Below are positions 56,200 to 64,000 of a DNA stretch of 64,000 bases, in pieces. Source of the DNA: Clostridia bacterium. Lineage in GTDB: Bacteria > Bacillota > Clostridia > Oscillospirales > CAG-272. The position numbers were made by a program, and so were the translations under genes. Position 1 is the stretch's first letter. Every line of letters begins with the position of its first letter. The notes beneath the pieces were generated by a model. The model was not told where the DNA came from. It searched no databases and was given only the letters and a program-made list of their open reading frames with translations. The DNA lies in assembly GCA_017397175.1 (NCBI GenBank), contig JAFQKA010000052.1, forward strand, positions 3,001 through 67,000, written 5' to 3'.

Positions 56200-56679
56200 C
56201 TTCTATCTTGCCCATATGGGCACCTTTCTGAATATTGGTCATATACACCGTGAGGGAAAGTGGAGATCTTTCCTCGCAAGTCGAAAAAATGAATCTCTAT
56301 GTTTCAAGTTTATCATACATACCAATATTTGTCAAGCGTTTTTATTAAAATATTATCGATTGTTTGACGAGCATATATAGATACAAGAAAATAAATATCG
56401 AAGTTAGATTTATATTAAACAAATGTTAGATGAGAATAACGTGCATATACGTCAAAACTCGAATTTGTCCGTGATTTTATATTCATGCGTATCGAATATC
56501 GTATTAGATGATTGTCTTTGACCGCTTTTGCGTGGTGATTAGAACCGCTTCTAACAGAAAAACAGGGTAAAAAACGCCCTTTCTCGCTGATTGACACAAA
56601 AAATCTCCGAATTGCACAAAAATCGACAAAATTTTTGTTGAAAATTCGGAGAGAAAACAGTTTAATCTGTATCAGATTT

Positions 56680-56708
56680 GTGATATAATAAATAGTTGTA
56701 GCGTTTTT
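56680..56708 (+). promoter_or_regulatory. typA promoter (extended -10)
   Basis: TTTAAT-17 nt-TGaTATAAT. Confidence 0.5.
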
Positions 56709-56765
56709 TGAAAAAACGCGGTTAAAACGGCTCTAAAGAATCAAATAAATTTGGGGGTACCGATT

Positions 56766-58604
56766 TTGAAAAGAGAAGATTTGAGAAATATAGCCATTAT
56801 TGCTCACGTTGACCACGGAAAGACCACGCTTGTGGACGAAATGTTAAAGCAGGGCGGCGTTTATCGTGAAAATCAGGTGACGACTGAGCGCGTAATGGAC
56901 AGTAATGATCTTGAGCGCGAACGCGGAATAACGATTTTGGCAAAAAACACCGCTGTACATTACGGCGATGTGAAGATAAATATCATCGACACCCCCGGCC
57001 ATGCGGATTTTGGCGGCGAGGTAGAGCGCGTTCTGAAGATGGTAAACGGTGTAATTCTGCTTGTTGACGCGGCAGAAGGACCTATGCCCCAGACACGTTT
57101 TGTACTCAGCAAGGCGCTTGAGATGAACCACCGCGTTATCGTTGTGGTCAACAAAATAGACAAGCCCGATGCCCGTCTCGAGGAGGTTGAGGAGGAGGTT
57201 CTTGAGCTTCTTTGCGATCTTGATGCTACCGACGAGCAGCTTGACAGCCCCATGATCTTTTGCTCGGGACGTCAGGGAACGGCTTCTCTTTCTCCTTATC
57301 AGCCCGGCGAGGACCTTCGCCCCCTGTTTGACACGATCCTTGAATATATGCCCGCTCCCGAAGGCGATGACGAGGGAGATCTGCAGATGCTCGTTTCTTC
57401 CATCGACTACAACGAGTTTGTGGGCAGGATCGGTATCGGACGTATCGAGCGCGGCTCCATGAGAGTCGGTCAGGAGGCGATGGTCTGCAATTATCACACG
57501 GGCATGACTCCCAAAAAGGTAAAGATCGTTTCGATCTATCAGTTTGACGGTCTTAACCGCGTGCAGGTAAACGAGGCAAAGGTGGGCGACGTGGTCTGCT
57601 TCTCGGGTGCGGCCGATATTACTATCGGAGATACCATAACCGCCGTTTCAAATCCCGAGCCTCTTGAATTTGTTAAGGTAAGCGAGCCTACCATGGAGAT
57701 GACCTTCGCGGTAAACGACAGCCCTTTTGCCGGCAGAGAGGGCAAGTTCGTCACCTCCCGTCAGCTCCGCGACCGCCTTTACAAGGAGCTGCTCCGTGAC
57801 GTTTCGCTTCGTGTCAGCGACGGAGACACCACCGATCAGTTCAGAGTTGCGGGACGTGGTGAAATGCACCTTTCGATCCTTATTGAAAACATGAGACGCG
57901 AGGGCTATGAGCTTTGCTGCAGCACTCCCCGCGTGCTCTACAAGGAAATAGACGGCGTAAAGTGCGAGCCTATGGAGCGCGTGACTATCGACGTTCCTGC
58001 GGAATCTGTCGGTACCGTTATCGAAAAGCTTGGCCGCCGTAAGGGAGAGCTGCTCGAAATGAACCCTATCGGATCGGGCTCAAGAACCAGAATCGAATAT
58101 TCCATTCCCTCAAGATGCCTTATCGGCTACCGCTCCGAATTTATGACTGACACCAAGGGTGAGGGTATCATCAATACTCTGTTTGACGGCTATCAGCCCT
58201 TCAAGGGCGAGATCCCCATGCGCTTTACAGGCTCTCTTGTGGCTTCCGAAACGGGTGAGACCACCAGCTACGGTCTTTACGGAACGCAGGAAAGAGGCGA
58301 TATGTTCGTGGGTGTTCAGACCCCCGTTTACGAAGGCATGATCGTAGGACAGAATCCCAAGGGTCAGGACATTGCGGTAAATCCCTGCAAGAAGAAGCAC
58401 CTGACCGCCATTCGCTCCACCGGTGCGGACGAAAAGCTCATTCTTACTCCTCCCATCATTTTCAGCTTGGAGGAGGCTATTGAGTTCATAAACGACGATG
58501 AACTGATCGAGGTCACGCCCAAGTCTATTCGACTTCGCAAGAGTATTCTCAACACCGAGCTTCGTTTGAAGGCTGAGGCTAAGCGCAAGCAAGGAAATGC
58601 ATAA
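56766..58604 (+). CDS. typA: Translational GTPase TypA/BipA
   Basis: A TTG start behind GGGGG gives MKREDLRNIAIIAHVDHGKTTLVD. The track start at 56751 is also TTG. Confidence 0.95.
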   Translation: MKREDLRNIAIIAHVDHGKTTLVDEMLKQGGVYRENQVTTERVMDSNDLERERGITILAKNTAVHYGDVKINIIDTPGHADFGGEVERVLKMVNGVILLVDAAEGPMPQTRFVLSKALEMNHRVIVVVNKIDKPDARLEEVEEEVLELLCDLDATDEQLDSPMIFCSGRQGTASLSPYQPGEDLRPLFDTILEYMPAPEGDDEGDLQMLVSSIDYNEFVGRIGIGRIERGSMRVGQEAMVCNYHTGMTPKKVKIVSIYQFDGLNRVQVNEAKVGDVVCFSGAADITIGDTITAVSNPEPLEFVKVSEPTMEMTFAVNDSPFAGREGKFVTSRQLRDRLYKELLRDVSLRVSDGDTTDQFRVAGRGEMHLSILIENMRREGYELCCSTPRVLYKEIDGVKCEPMERVTIDVPAESVGTVIEKLGRRKGELLEMNPIGSGSRTRIEYSIPSRCLIGYRSEFMTDTKGEGIINTLFDGYQPFKGEIPMRFTGSLVASETGETTSYGLYGTQERGDMFVGVQTPVYEGMIVGQNPKGQDIAVNPCKKKHLTAIRSTGADEKLILTPPIIFSLEEAIEFINDDELIEVTPKSIRLRKSILNTELRLKAEAKRKQGNA

Positions 58605-58700
58605 AACAAAACAGACTGTCGAAAAAGCTGTTCTACCGCAAGCGATAAAGCAAAAGAAGGAACAATTTTCAAAAAACAAATAGCACTATTATAAAAATAA

Positions 58701-58735
58701 AAGCACAAGGATTTCATCGAGAAATCCTTGTGCTT
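58701..58735 (+). terminator. typA terminator (15-bp perfect stem)
   Basis: AAGCACAAGGATTTC-ATCGA-GAAATCCTTGTGCTT, followed by GCTTGCTTTTT. Confidence 0.7.
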
Positions 58736-58854
58736 GCTTGCTTTTTCCGTTCTTGCACTCTGTCGTACCTTTGTACGCCGACGAATGCAAGAACGAAAAA
58801 TATACCTACCTTTTTCGAAGTCTCACAGCGTGTCGAGACTTTCTCGACACGCTG

Positions 58855-58889
58855 AAAAACCCCGCAGGTGTTCCTGCGGAATTTTTTTG
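58855..58889. terminator. Bidirectional terminator serving nrdR
   Basis: A5C-CCGCAGG-TGTT-CCTGCGG-AAT7. Confidence 0.8.
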
Positions 58890-58890
58890 C

Positions 58891-59334
58891 TTAATTTTTT
58901 ATAAGAGCCTTCAGCTCGTTCATGAAGGTGTCGATGTCCTTGAACTCCCGGTAGACCGAAGCGAATCGAACGTAAGCGACGTGATCCAGCTTTTTCAGCT
59001 TTTGCATTGCGATCTCGCCCAGTTCGATAGATGAGATCTCCTGGCGGAGAGAGTTCTGAAGCTCGCTTTCGATGTCGTCGGCAATCTCCGCTGCATTCAC
59101 GGGACGCTTCTGGCAGGCCTTGAGCAGACCCGACATGAGCTTGTTTTTATCGAACAGCTCTTTGCTTCCGTCCTTCTTTGTGACGATTATCTGGACCGAT
59201 TCCACCATTTCAAAGGTGGTGAACCGCTTTGTGCAGGCAGGGCATTCGCGGCGACGGCGAATACTTGTAAATTCGTTTATTGGTCGGGAATCGATAACCT
59301 TGCTGTCGATATTCCCGCAAAAAGGACATCTCAT
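58891..59334 (-). CDS. nrdR: Transcriptional repressor NrdR
   Basis: MRCPFCGNIDSKVIDSR..CPACTKRFTTFE plus an ATP-cone. Confidence 0.95.
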   Translation of the reverse strand: MRCPFCGNIDSKVIDSRPINEFTSIRRRRECPACTKRFTTFEMVESVQIIVTKKDGSKELFDKNKLMSGLLKACQKRPVNAAEIADDIESELQNSLRQEISSIELGEIAMQKLKKLDHVAYVRFASVYREFKDIDTFMNELKALIKN

Positions 59335-59574
59335 ATAAAAAATCCTTCCTTTCTTTTTCACGGACACAACCGCTTTTCTCTATTTTAATACAAAATCTGC
59401 CGTTTGTAAAGAGTTTTTTATCAAAATGTTGTAAAATACACCACAAATTTGGGTTTGAAATGCTTTTTTGAATATGATAGAATATATTCATAGATAAATA
59501 ATCTGCATTTTCGTGGCGTGATGATATTTTTATGTGTGATTTTGGGAGAAAAAACGGGAAAGAGGTTTTGAAAT

Positions 59575-59802
59575 ATGAAAAAATTTGCTCAAAAAATAAC
59601 AAGGCAAGGTTTTGTTGTGTTGTCTGCGACCTTGTTGGTCGTTTCACTGTCTCTTTTGTGCTTTGCTTTTAATGCGGCAGACGCGGATCCGCTTGAAATA
59701 TACGTAAAATATACAAAAATGTTTGAATACATATTATCATCTGTTCTGCTGTCTGTGGGCGGCGGATTGCTTGCAGATTACATATTCCGAGGCTCGAAAT
59801 AG
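59575..59802 (+). CDS. Small two-TM membrane protein
   Basis: 75 aa with an RBS AAGAGG. I recognise no family. Confidence 0.4.
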   Translation: MKKFAQKITRQGFVVLSATLLVVSLSLLCFAFNAADADPLEIYVKYTKMFEYILSSVLLSVGGGLLADYIFRGSK

Positions 59803-59812
59803 TTATATTCTA

Positions 59813-59841
59813 TTGACTTGAAGGGGAAAACGAGGTATAAT
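59813..59841 (+). promoter_or_regulatory. mnmA promoter
   Basis: TTGACT-17 nt-TATAAT. Confidence 0.6.
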
Positions 59842-59871
59842 TTTACCATAAAAGCAAAGGAGGTCGCGGGA

Positions 59872-60951
59872 ATGCAAGGCGAGCCAAAGGAAAAATCCGT
59901 TCTTGTTGCCATGAGCGGCGGTGTTGACAGTGCCGTGGCGGCACATATGATGCTGTCCCGCGGCTATAAGACCGAGGGAGCTATCTTCCGAATGTACCGA
60001 GGCGTGGACGATCTCGGGCAGGAGAAAGACATTTCCGATGCGGAAAAAGTCTGCGCGGAGCTTGGAATCTCCTTGTCGGTTCTTGATTTCCGTGAGGATT
60101 TCAAGCGGGAGATCGTTGAAAAATTTATTCGTATCTATGAGGAAGGCGGTACGCCAAACCCTTGCGTCGATTGCAACAGAACGGTGAAGTTCGGCAAGCT
60201 TCTTGATTTTGCGCGGTCGCAGGGACTTGAATATATTGCCACGGGACACTATGCGAGGGTGGAATATTCCCCCGAAACGGGACGTTATCAGCTGAAAAAA
60301 GCGTTGTCAGTGGAAAAGGATCAGAGCTACGTGCTCTGCAACTTGACGCAGGAGCAGCTTTCAAGGATCATTTTCCCTTTGGGAGAAACGGACAAGGGCG
60401 CGGTGCGCACGGTGGCAAGTGAGCTTGGCTTTGACGTGGCTCGAAAAAAGGACAGCCAGGATATTTGTTTTATTCCCGATGGGGATTACGCGGCGTTTAT
60501 GGAGAGATACACGGGCAAAAAATATCCCTGCGGAAAGTTCCTTGACGTGCAGGGAAACGAGGTTGGTGAGCACCGGGGTGCAGTGCGCTACACTATCGGA
60601 CAGAGAAAGGGACTGGGACTTTCCATGGGCGAGCCGGTTTACGTCTGTCGTAAGTGCATGGAGGATAATACCGTGACGGTGGGAAAAGAAGATCTTCTTT
60701 TCCACAGGACTCTTATTGCAAAGGATTTTAACTGGGTCTCGATCGGGTGTCCCGACGGGGAAATACGGGCGAAAGCCAAGGCAAGATACCGCCAAAGCGA
60801 GGCTTGGGCAACGGTTTTTGTGATGGCAGACGGCCGTGTTAAGATAACCTTCGACGAACCCCAGAGGGCAATGACCTGTGGACAAACGGCGGTAATATAC
60901 GACGGCGACATACTGCTTGGCGGCGGCGTAATTGAAAGTATTGAGGACTGA
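59872..60951 (+). CDS. mnmA: tRNA 2-thiouridine(34) synthase
   Basis: Start MQGEPKEKSVLVAMSGGVDSAVAA (PP-loop), with an RBS AAAGGAGG. Confidence 0.95.
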   Translation: MQGEPKEKSVLVAMSGGVDSAVAAHMMLSRGYKTEGAIFRMYRGVDDLGQEKDISDAEKVCAELGISLSVLDFREDFKREIVEKFIRIYEEGGTPNPCVDCNRTVKFGKLLDFARSQGLEYIATGHYARVEYSPETGRYQLKKALSVEKDQSYVLCNLTQEQLSRIIFPLGETDKGAVRTVASELGFDVARKKDSQDICFIPDGDYAAFMERYTGKKYPCGKFLDVQGNEVGEHRGAVRYTIGQRKGLGLSMGEPVYVCRKCMEDNTVTVGKEDLLFHRTLIAKDFNWVSIGCPDGEIRAKAKARYRQSEAWATVFVMADGRVKITFDEPQRAMTCGQTAVIYDGDILLGGGVIESIED

Positions 60952-60952
60952 A

Positions 60953-61671
60953 ATGGAAGAAAGATTTGAGCGGACGACCCTGCTTTTGGGCGAGGCGTCG
61001 GTGGAAAAATTGAAGAATGCTCACGTGGCGATCTTCGGCGTGGGCGGTGTCGGCGGCTACGTTCTTGAGGGCCTGGCGCGTAGCGGTGTGGCAAAATTCA
61101 CTCTCATAGACAACGACACGGTGTCCCTTTCGAATATAAACCGTAGATAATCGCCACCGAGACGACCGTGGGACGGCCAAAGGTTGACGTGGCAAAGGAT
61201 AGGGTTCTGAGCATAAATCCCGCGGCCGAGGTCTGCACGAAAAATATGTTTTTCCTGCCCGAAAACGCGGGCGAGATAGATTTCTCACAGTTTGATTTCG
61301 TGGTTGACGCCGTTGACACGGTCAGTGCAAAGATCGAGATAGTCATACGATGCCAGGCTGTAAGCGTCCCTGTTATCAGCTCTATGGGGACGGGAAACAA
61401 GCTTGATCCCACAGCGTTTGAAGTGACGGATATATACAAGACCTCTGTTTGCCCGCTTGCCCGCGTTATGAGAAGCGAGCTGAAAAAACGCGGTGTAAAA
61501 AAATTAAAGGTGGTATACTCAAGGGAGGAACCAATAAAACCGTCAAATGGTGATCTTAAAGCACCAAACGGGCGGAGAAGCGTGCCTGCAAGCGTATCCT
61601 TTGTACCGTCCGTGGCGGGACTTATAATTGCAGGCGAGGTAATAAAACATCTTGTGAAAGAGGCAGATTGA
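60953..61671 (+). pseudogene. tcdA: tRNA threonylcarbamoyladenosine dehydratase (ThiF/E1 family), broken by a 1-nt frameshift near 61145
   Basis: Frame 1 reads ..GVGGVGGYVLEGLARSGV..SNINRR* (stop 61148-61150). Another frame continues IIATETTVGRPKVDVAKDRV.. to 61671. Confidence 0.75.
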
Positions 61672-61672
61672 T

Positions 61673-62602
61673 ATGGCAAGAATTTACAAGTCTGCGGAGG
61701 AGCTGATCGGTTCAACTCCTTTGCTTGAATTGACGAAAATTGAAAAAGAGGTCGGCAACAGCGTTAAAATTTACGCCAAGCTTGAGTCGAAAAACCCCGC
61801 AGGATCTGCAAAGGACAGAGTGGGATTTGAAATGATAGCCGATGCGGAGCGCCGCGGACTGCTCAAGGAAGGCTCGGTTATAATCGAGCCCACCAGCGGT
61901 AATACGGGCATTGGACTTGCCTCGGTGGCGGCGGTGCGCGGATATCGTTGCATTATCGTCATGCCCGACAATATGAGTGCGGAGAGACATGCTCTTATGC
62001 GGGCGTTTGGAGCCGAGCTGGTGCTGACCGACGGATCAAAGGGCATGAGCGGTGCCATTGAGGAGGCTGAAAGACTGGCGCGGGAGATACCCAACTCCTT
62101 TATTCCCGGACAGTTTGAAAATCCCGCCAATGCGGCGGCGCATTTCAAGACCACGGGCCCCGAAATATTCGAGGATACCGATGGCGAGGTGGATATTTTT
62201 GTTGCGGGCGTCGGCACGGGAGGAACGATCACGGGTGTCGGCAAATATTTGAAGTCAAAGAAGGCGACGGCAGAGATCGTGGGCGTTGAGCCTGCTTCCT
62301 CACCTTTTTTGACCGAGGGACGCGGCGGGCCCCACAAAATTCAGGGAATCGGCGCGGGATTTGAGCCGAAGGTACTTGACAGGACGGTGGTTGACAGGAT
62401 AATTCCCGTTTCTGACGAGGACGCGATCCTGACCGCGCGAGAGTTTGGCAAAAAAGAGGGAATACTCATCGGGATCTCCTCGGGCGCGGCGGTCTTTGCG
62501 GCGATCTCCGAGGCGAAAAGGCCCGAAAACGCAGGGAAGACCATCGTTGTTCTTCTTCCCGATTCGGGTGACAGATACATTTCTTCGGGACTTTACGACT
62601 AA
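61673..62602 (+). CDS. cysK: Cysteine synthase A (O-acetylserine sulfhydrylase)
   Basis: Contains NPAGSAKDR and PTSGNTGIGLA. Confidence 0.95.
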   Translation: MARIYKSAEELIGSTPLLELTKIEKEVGNSVKIYAKLESKNPAGSAKDRVGFEMIADAERRGLLKEGSVIIEPTSGNTGIGLASVAAVRGYRCIIVMPDNMSAERHALMRAFGAELVLTDGSKGMSGAIEEAERLAREIPNSFIPGQFENPANAAAHFKTTGPEIFEDTDGEVDIFVAGVGTGGTITGVGKYLKSKKATAEIVGVEPASSPFLTEGRGGPHKIQGIGAGFEPKVLDRTVVDRIIPVSDEDAILTAREFGKKEGILIGISSGAAVFAAISEAKRPENAGKTIVVLLPDSGDRYISSGLYD

Positions 62603-62606
62603 ACGA

Positions 62607-62636
62607 AAACGGAAGGCGAAACGCCTTCCGTTTTCT
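62607..62636. terminator. Bidirectional terminator
   Basis: AACGGAAGGCG-AAA-CGCCTTCCGTT. Confidence 0.85.
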
Positions 62637-62638
62637 GT

Positions 62639-64000
62639 TTAGTTCTTTGTGATCTCAAGGTTTTTGAGTGAGTATTTTTTCATTGTTGTGCCGTTTATCT
62701 TTACCAGGAACTGCTCGCAGGCGACCATTTCCTCGGTGACGTTCAGCGTGATGCTGTGGTGTGTCCATTTGCCGCCGAAGATCGCTTCAAGATCTAAACC
62801 GTAGGAGTTGTCGATATTATCGTAGTTCCAGCCGTATTTGATAACGCTTTCCGTCTCATCGTCGCAACGGGCATCAAAGGAGAAGGTATATTTACCTGCG
62901 CCGTACATCTTGACCTCGGGAGTTACCATGATGGAGATTCCGCCGCGGCATTCGTCTCTGTGAGCGTAGCAGGCGTAGATCGTATCGTCACCCTCGTGCT
63001 CTACAACAAGGTCGACCAGGAAGCAGGCGTTTTCGGAAATGCGGCTTATCTTGCCCTCGTCGGGGGTAAGAAGATTGCCCTTCTTCTGCTTCAGAGTGAT
63101 GTGAAGATCCCCCGATATTATTTCTGCCTTTTCCACTGTGTCAAGCAGCGCAAGATCGCTCGATCTTACGTAAAGCGCTCCGTTTATTTCGGTGGTCGTG
63201 GGCTGAGAAGTTGTACGAACGTACTTTGTGATCTCCTTTGCGGGAAGATAGAACTCGCCGTTCTCAATAACCACCTCGCCACCAAAGCCTACGCGCATCG
63301 CGCCAACGTAAACTCTGCCGTTTGATCTGTAATTTGCTGTGTGCAGATCTCTCTTGCAGGGGGTGTAGGTGCCGTCGTTTGAGATGTTGTAGGTGTTGTT
63401 GTACTCGCGGTTCACAACAACGTCGTCAAAGCTCTCGATAGCCTTTCCGGCAATGTAAAGATTGTTGAAATTGAGGGTATAATTTTCGGTGAAGAGCTTT
63501 TCGGGGTTCTTCATGATTATCAGGTTGTTGATCGTGCCGTTGGGCTTTTCTCTGTGAGGGTCGGATTTGCCCGACATTGTGGGCAGGGAAACGTTGTTGA
63601 ATGTTATCTCTTTGGGAAGAGTACCCATGTTCTGACCCTGGAAGAAGGCGGGGAGATTGGTGCAGTCGATAAGGTCGAAATTGTTTATCGTTATGGAAAC
63701 GTTTCGGGGCTCGGTGTTGTTGTAGACGTTGGTAATTGCAGGCTCGCCTACGCGGAACACGTAGATGTCCTCAAGGAACATATTTGTGGTGTGGATCTGG
63801 GGGAATAGTGCCTTGCAGGTGGTTCCGATGGTGATGTCACGGTAAACATGATTGTCGCCGCCGCTCATGACGATTCCGTTGTCACCATTGTATATCCAGC
63901 AGTGTTCAAAATGGCTGTTCTTGCCGCCGGTGGTGAATCCGTCCGAGGTCATCATGGAGCAGAATACCTTGTAGTTTCTGACGGTTATGTTGTTTCCGCT
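62639..64000 (-). CDS. Parallel beta-helix (GH28/pectate-lyase-fold-like) protein with a C-terminal carbohydrate-binding-like domain; the 5' end lies outside the window
   Basis: The frame stays open upstream of the track Met (..SGNNITVRNYKVFCSMMTSDG..). NITVRN/ITINNF-type beta-helix turns recur. Confidence 0.5.
   Translation of the reverse strand, partial: SGNNITVRNYKVFCSMMTSDGFTTGGKNSHFEHCWIYNGDNGIVMSGGDNHVYRDITIGTTCKALFPQIHTTNMFLEDIYVFRVGEPAITNVYNNTEPRNVSITINNFDLIDCTNLPAFFQGQNMGTLPKEITFNNVSLPTMSGKSDPHREKPNGTINNLIIMKNPEKLFTENYTLNFNNLYIAGKAIESFDDVVVNREYNNTYNISNDGTYTPCKRDLHTANYRSNGRVYVGAMRVGFGGEVVIENGEFYLPAKEITKYVRTTSQPTTTEINGALYVRSSDLALLDTVEKAEIISGDLHITLKQKKGNLLTPDEGKISRISENACFLVDLVVEHEGDDTIYACYAHRDECRGGISIMVTPEVKMYGAGKYTFSFDARCDDETESVIKYGWNYDNIDNSYGLDLEAIFGGKWTHHSITLNVTEEMVACEQFLVKINGTTMKKYSLKNLEITKN

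Noticed and set aside
61139-61150. Programmed ribosomal frameshift or stop read-through in tcdA.
   Set aside because: There is no X XXY YYZ slippery site and no prfB-like SD + CUU UGA context. A -1 re-pairing would decode TAG.
1-64000. Search for defence islands, prophage, integrases, transposases, toxin-antitoxin pairs, reverse transcriptases or DGRs.
   Set aside because: No ORF in the window shows the corresponding motifs. The only traces of mobility are the tRNA-adjacent remnants reported in the findings.

Overview
The window is a 64-kb chromosomal segment of an anaerobic Firmicute, probably a Ruminococcus/Oscillospiraceae-like Clostridium. The taxonomic guess rests on a C-terminal dockerin, SLH anchors, Listeria-Bacteroides repeats, T-box and TPP leaders, and promoters that fit TTGACA-17-TATAAT exactly.

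Most of the window is housekeeping:
- cysE-cysS behind a T-box, plus asnS and proS
- adhE
- rplJ-rplL behind an L10 leader
- thiT behind a TPP riboswitch
- efp, typA, nrdR, mnmA, cysK and luxS-mtnN
- two ABC exporters, malQ, and a Na/Pi transporter
- tRNA-Pro(CGG) and tRNA-Val(GAC)

Accessory content:
- a 1892-aa vWA/repeat/SLH surface protein next to a LuxR-type regulator
- a 1009-aa LRR + dockerin protein
- an AraC-linked creatinase-like/ASRT/creatininase-like operon
- a translationally coupled DUF5685-like/cysteine-string J-protein/membrane-protein operon
- tandem paralogous membrane proteins, one with an N/Q/G/Y-rich tail

I found no CRISPR array, transposase, integrase, phage gene, toxin-antitoxin pair or recognisable defence gene.

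The least-explained signals are non-coding:
- a promoter-to-terminator unit of about 200 nt made of nested perfect helices (17.14-17.39 kb)
- a decayed, insertion-bearing tRNA-Pro paralogue that keeps a tRNA-type promoter (18.66-18.88 kb)
- an ORF-free array of nine hairpins (18.9-19.3 kb) whose modules recur at 37.3-37.5 kb and 49.87 kb
- a terminator-containing leader in front of the dockerin protein gene
- an unannotated 30-codon Cys-rich sORF with its own promoter, RBS and terminator
- a 1-nt frameshift in tcdA

All family assignments come from motif recognition by eye. No database search or folding program was run.
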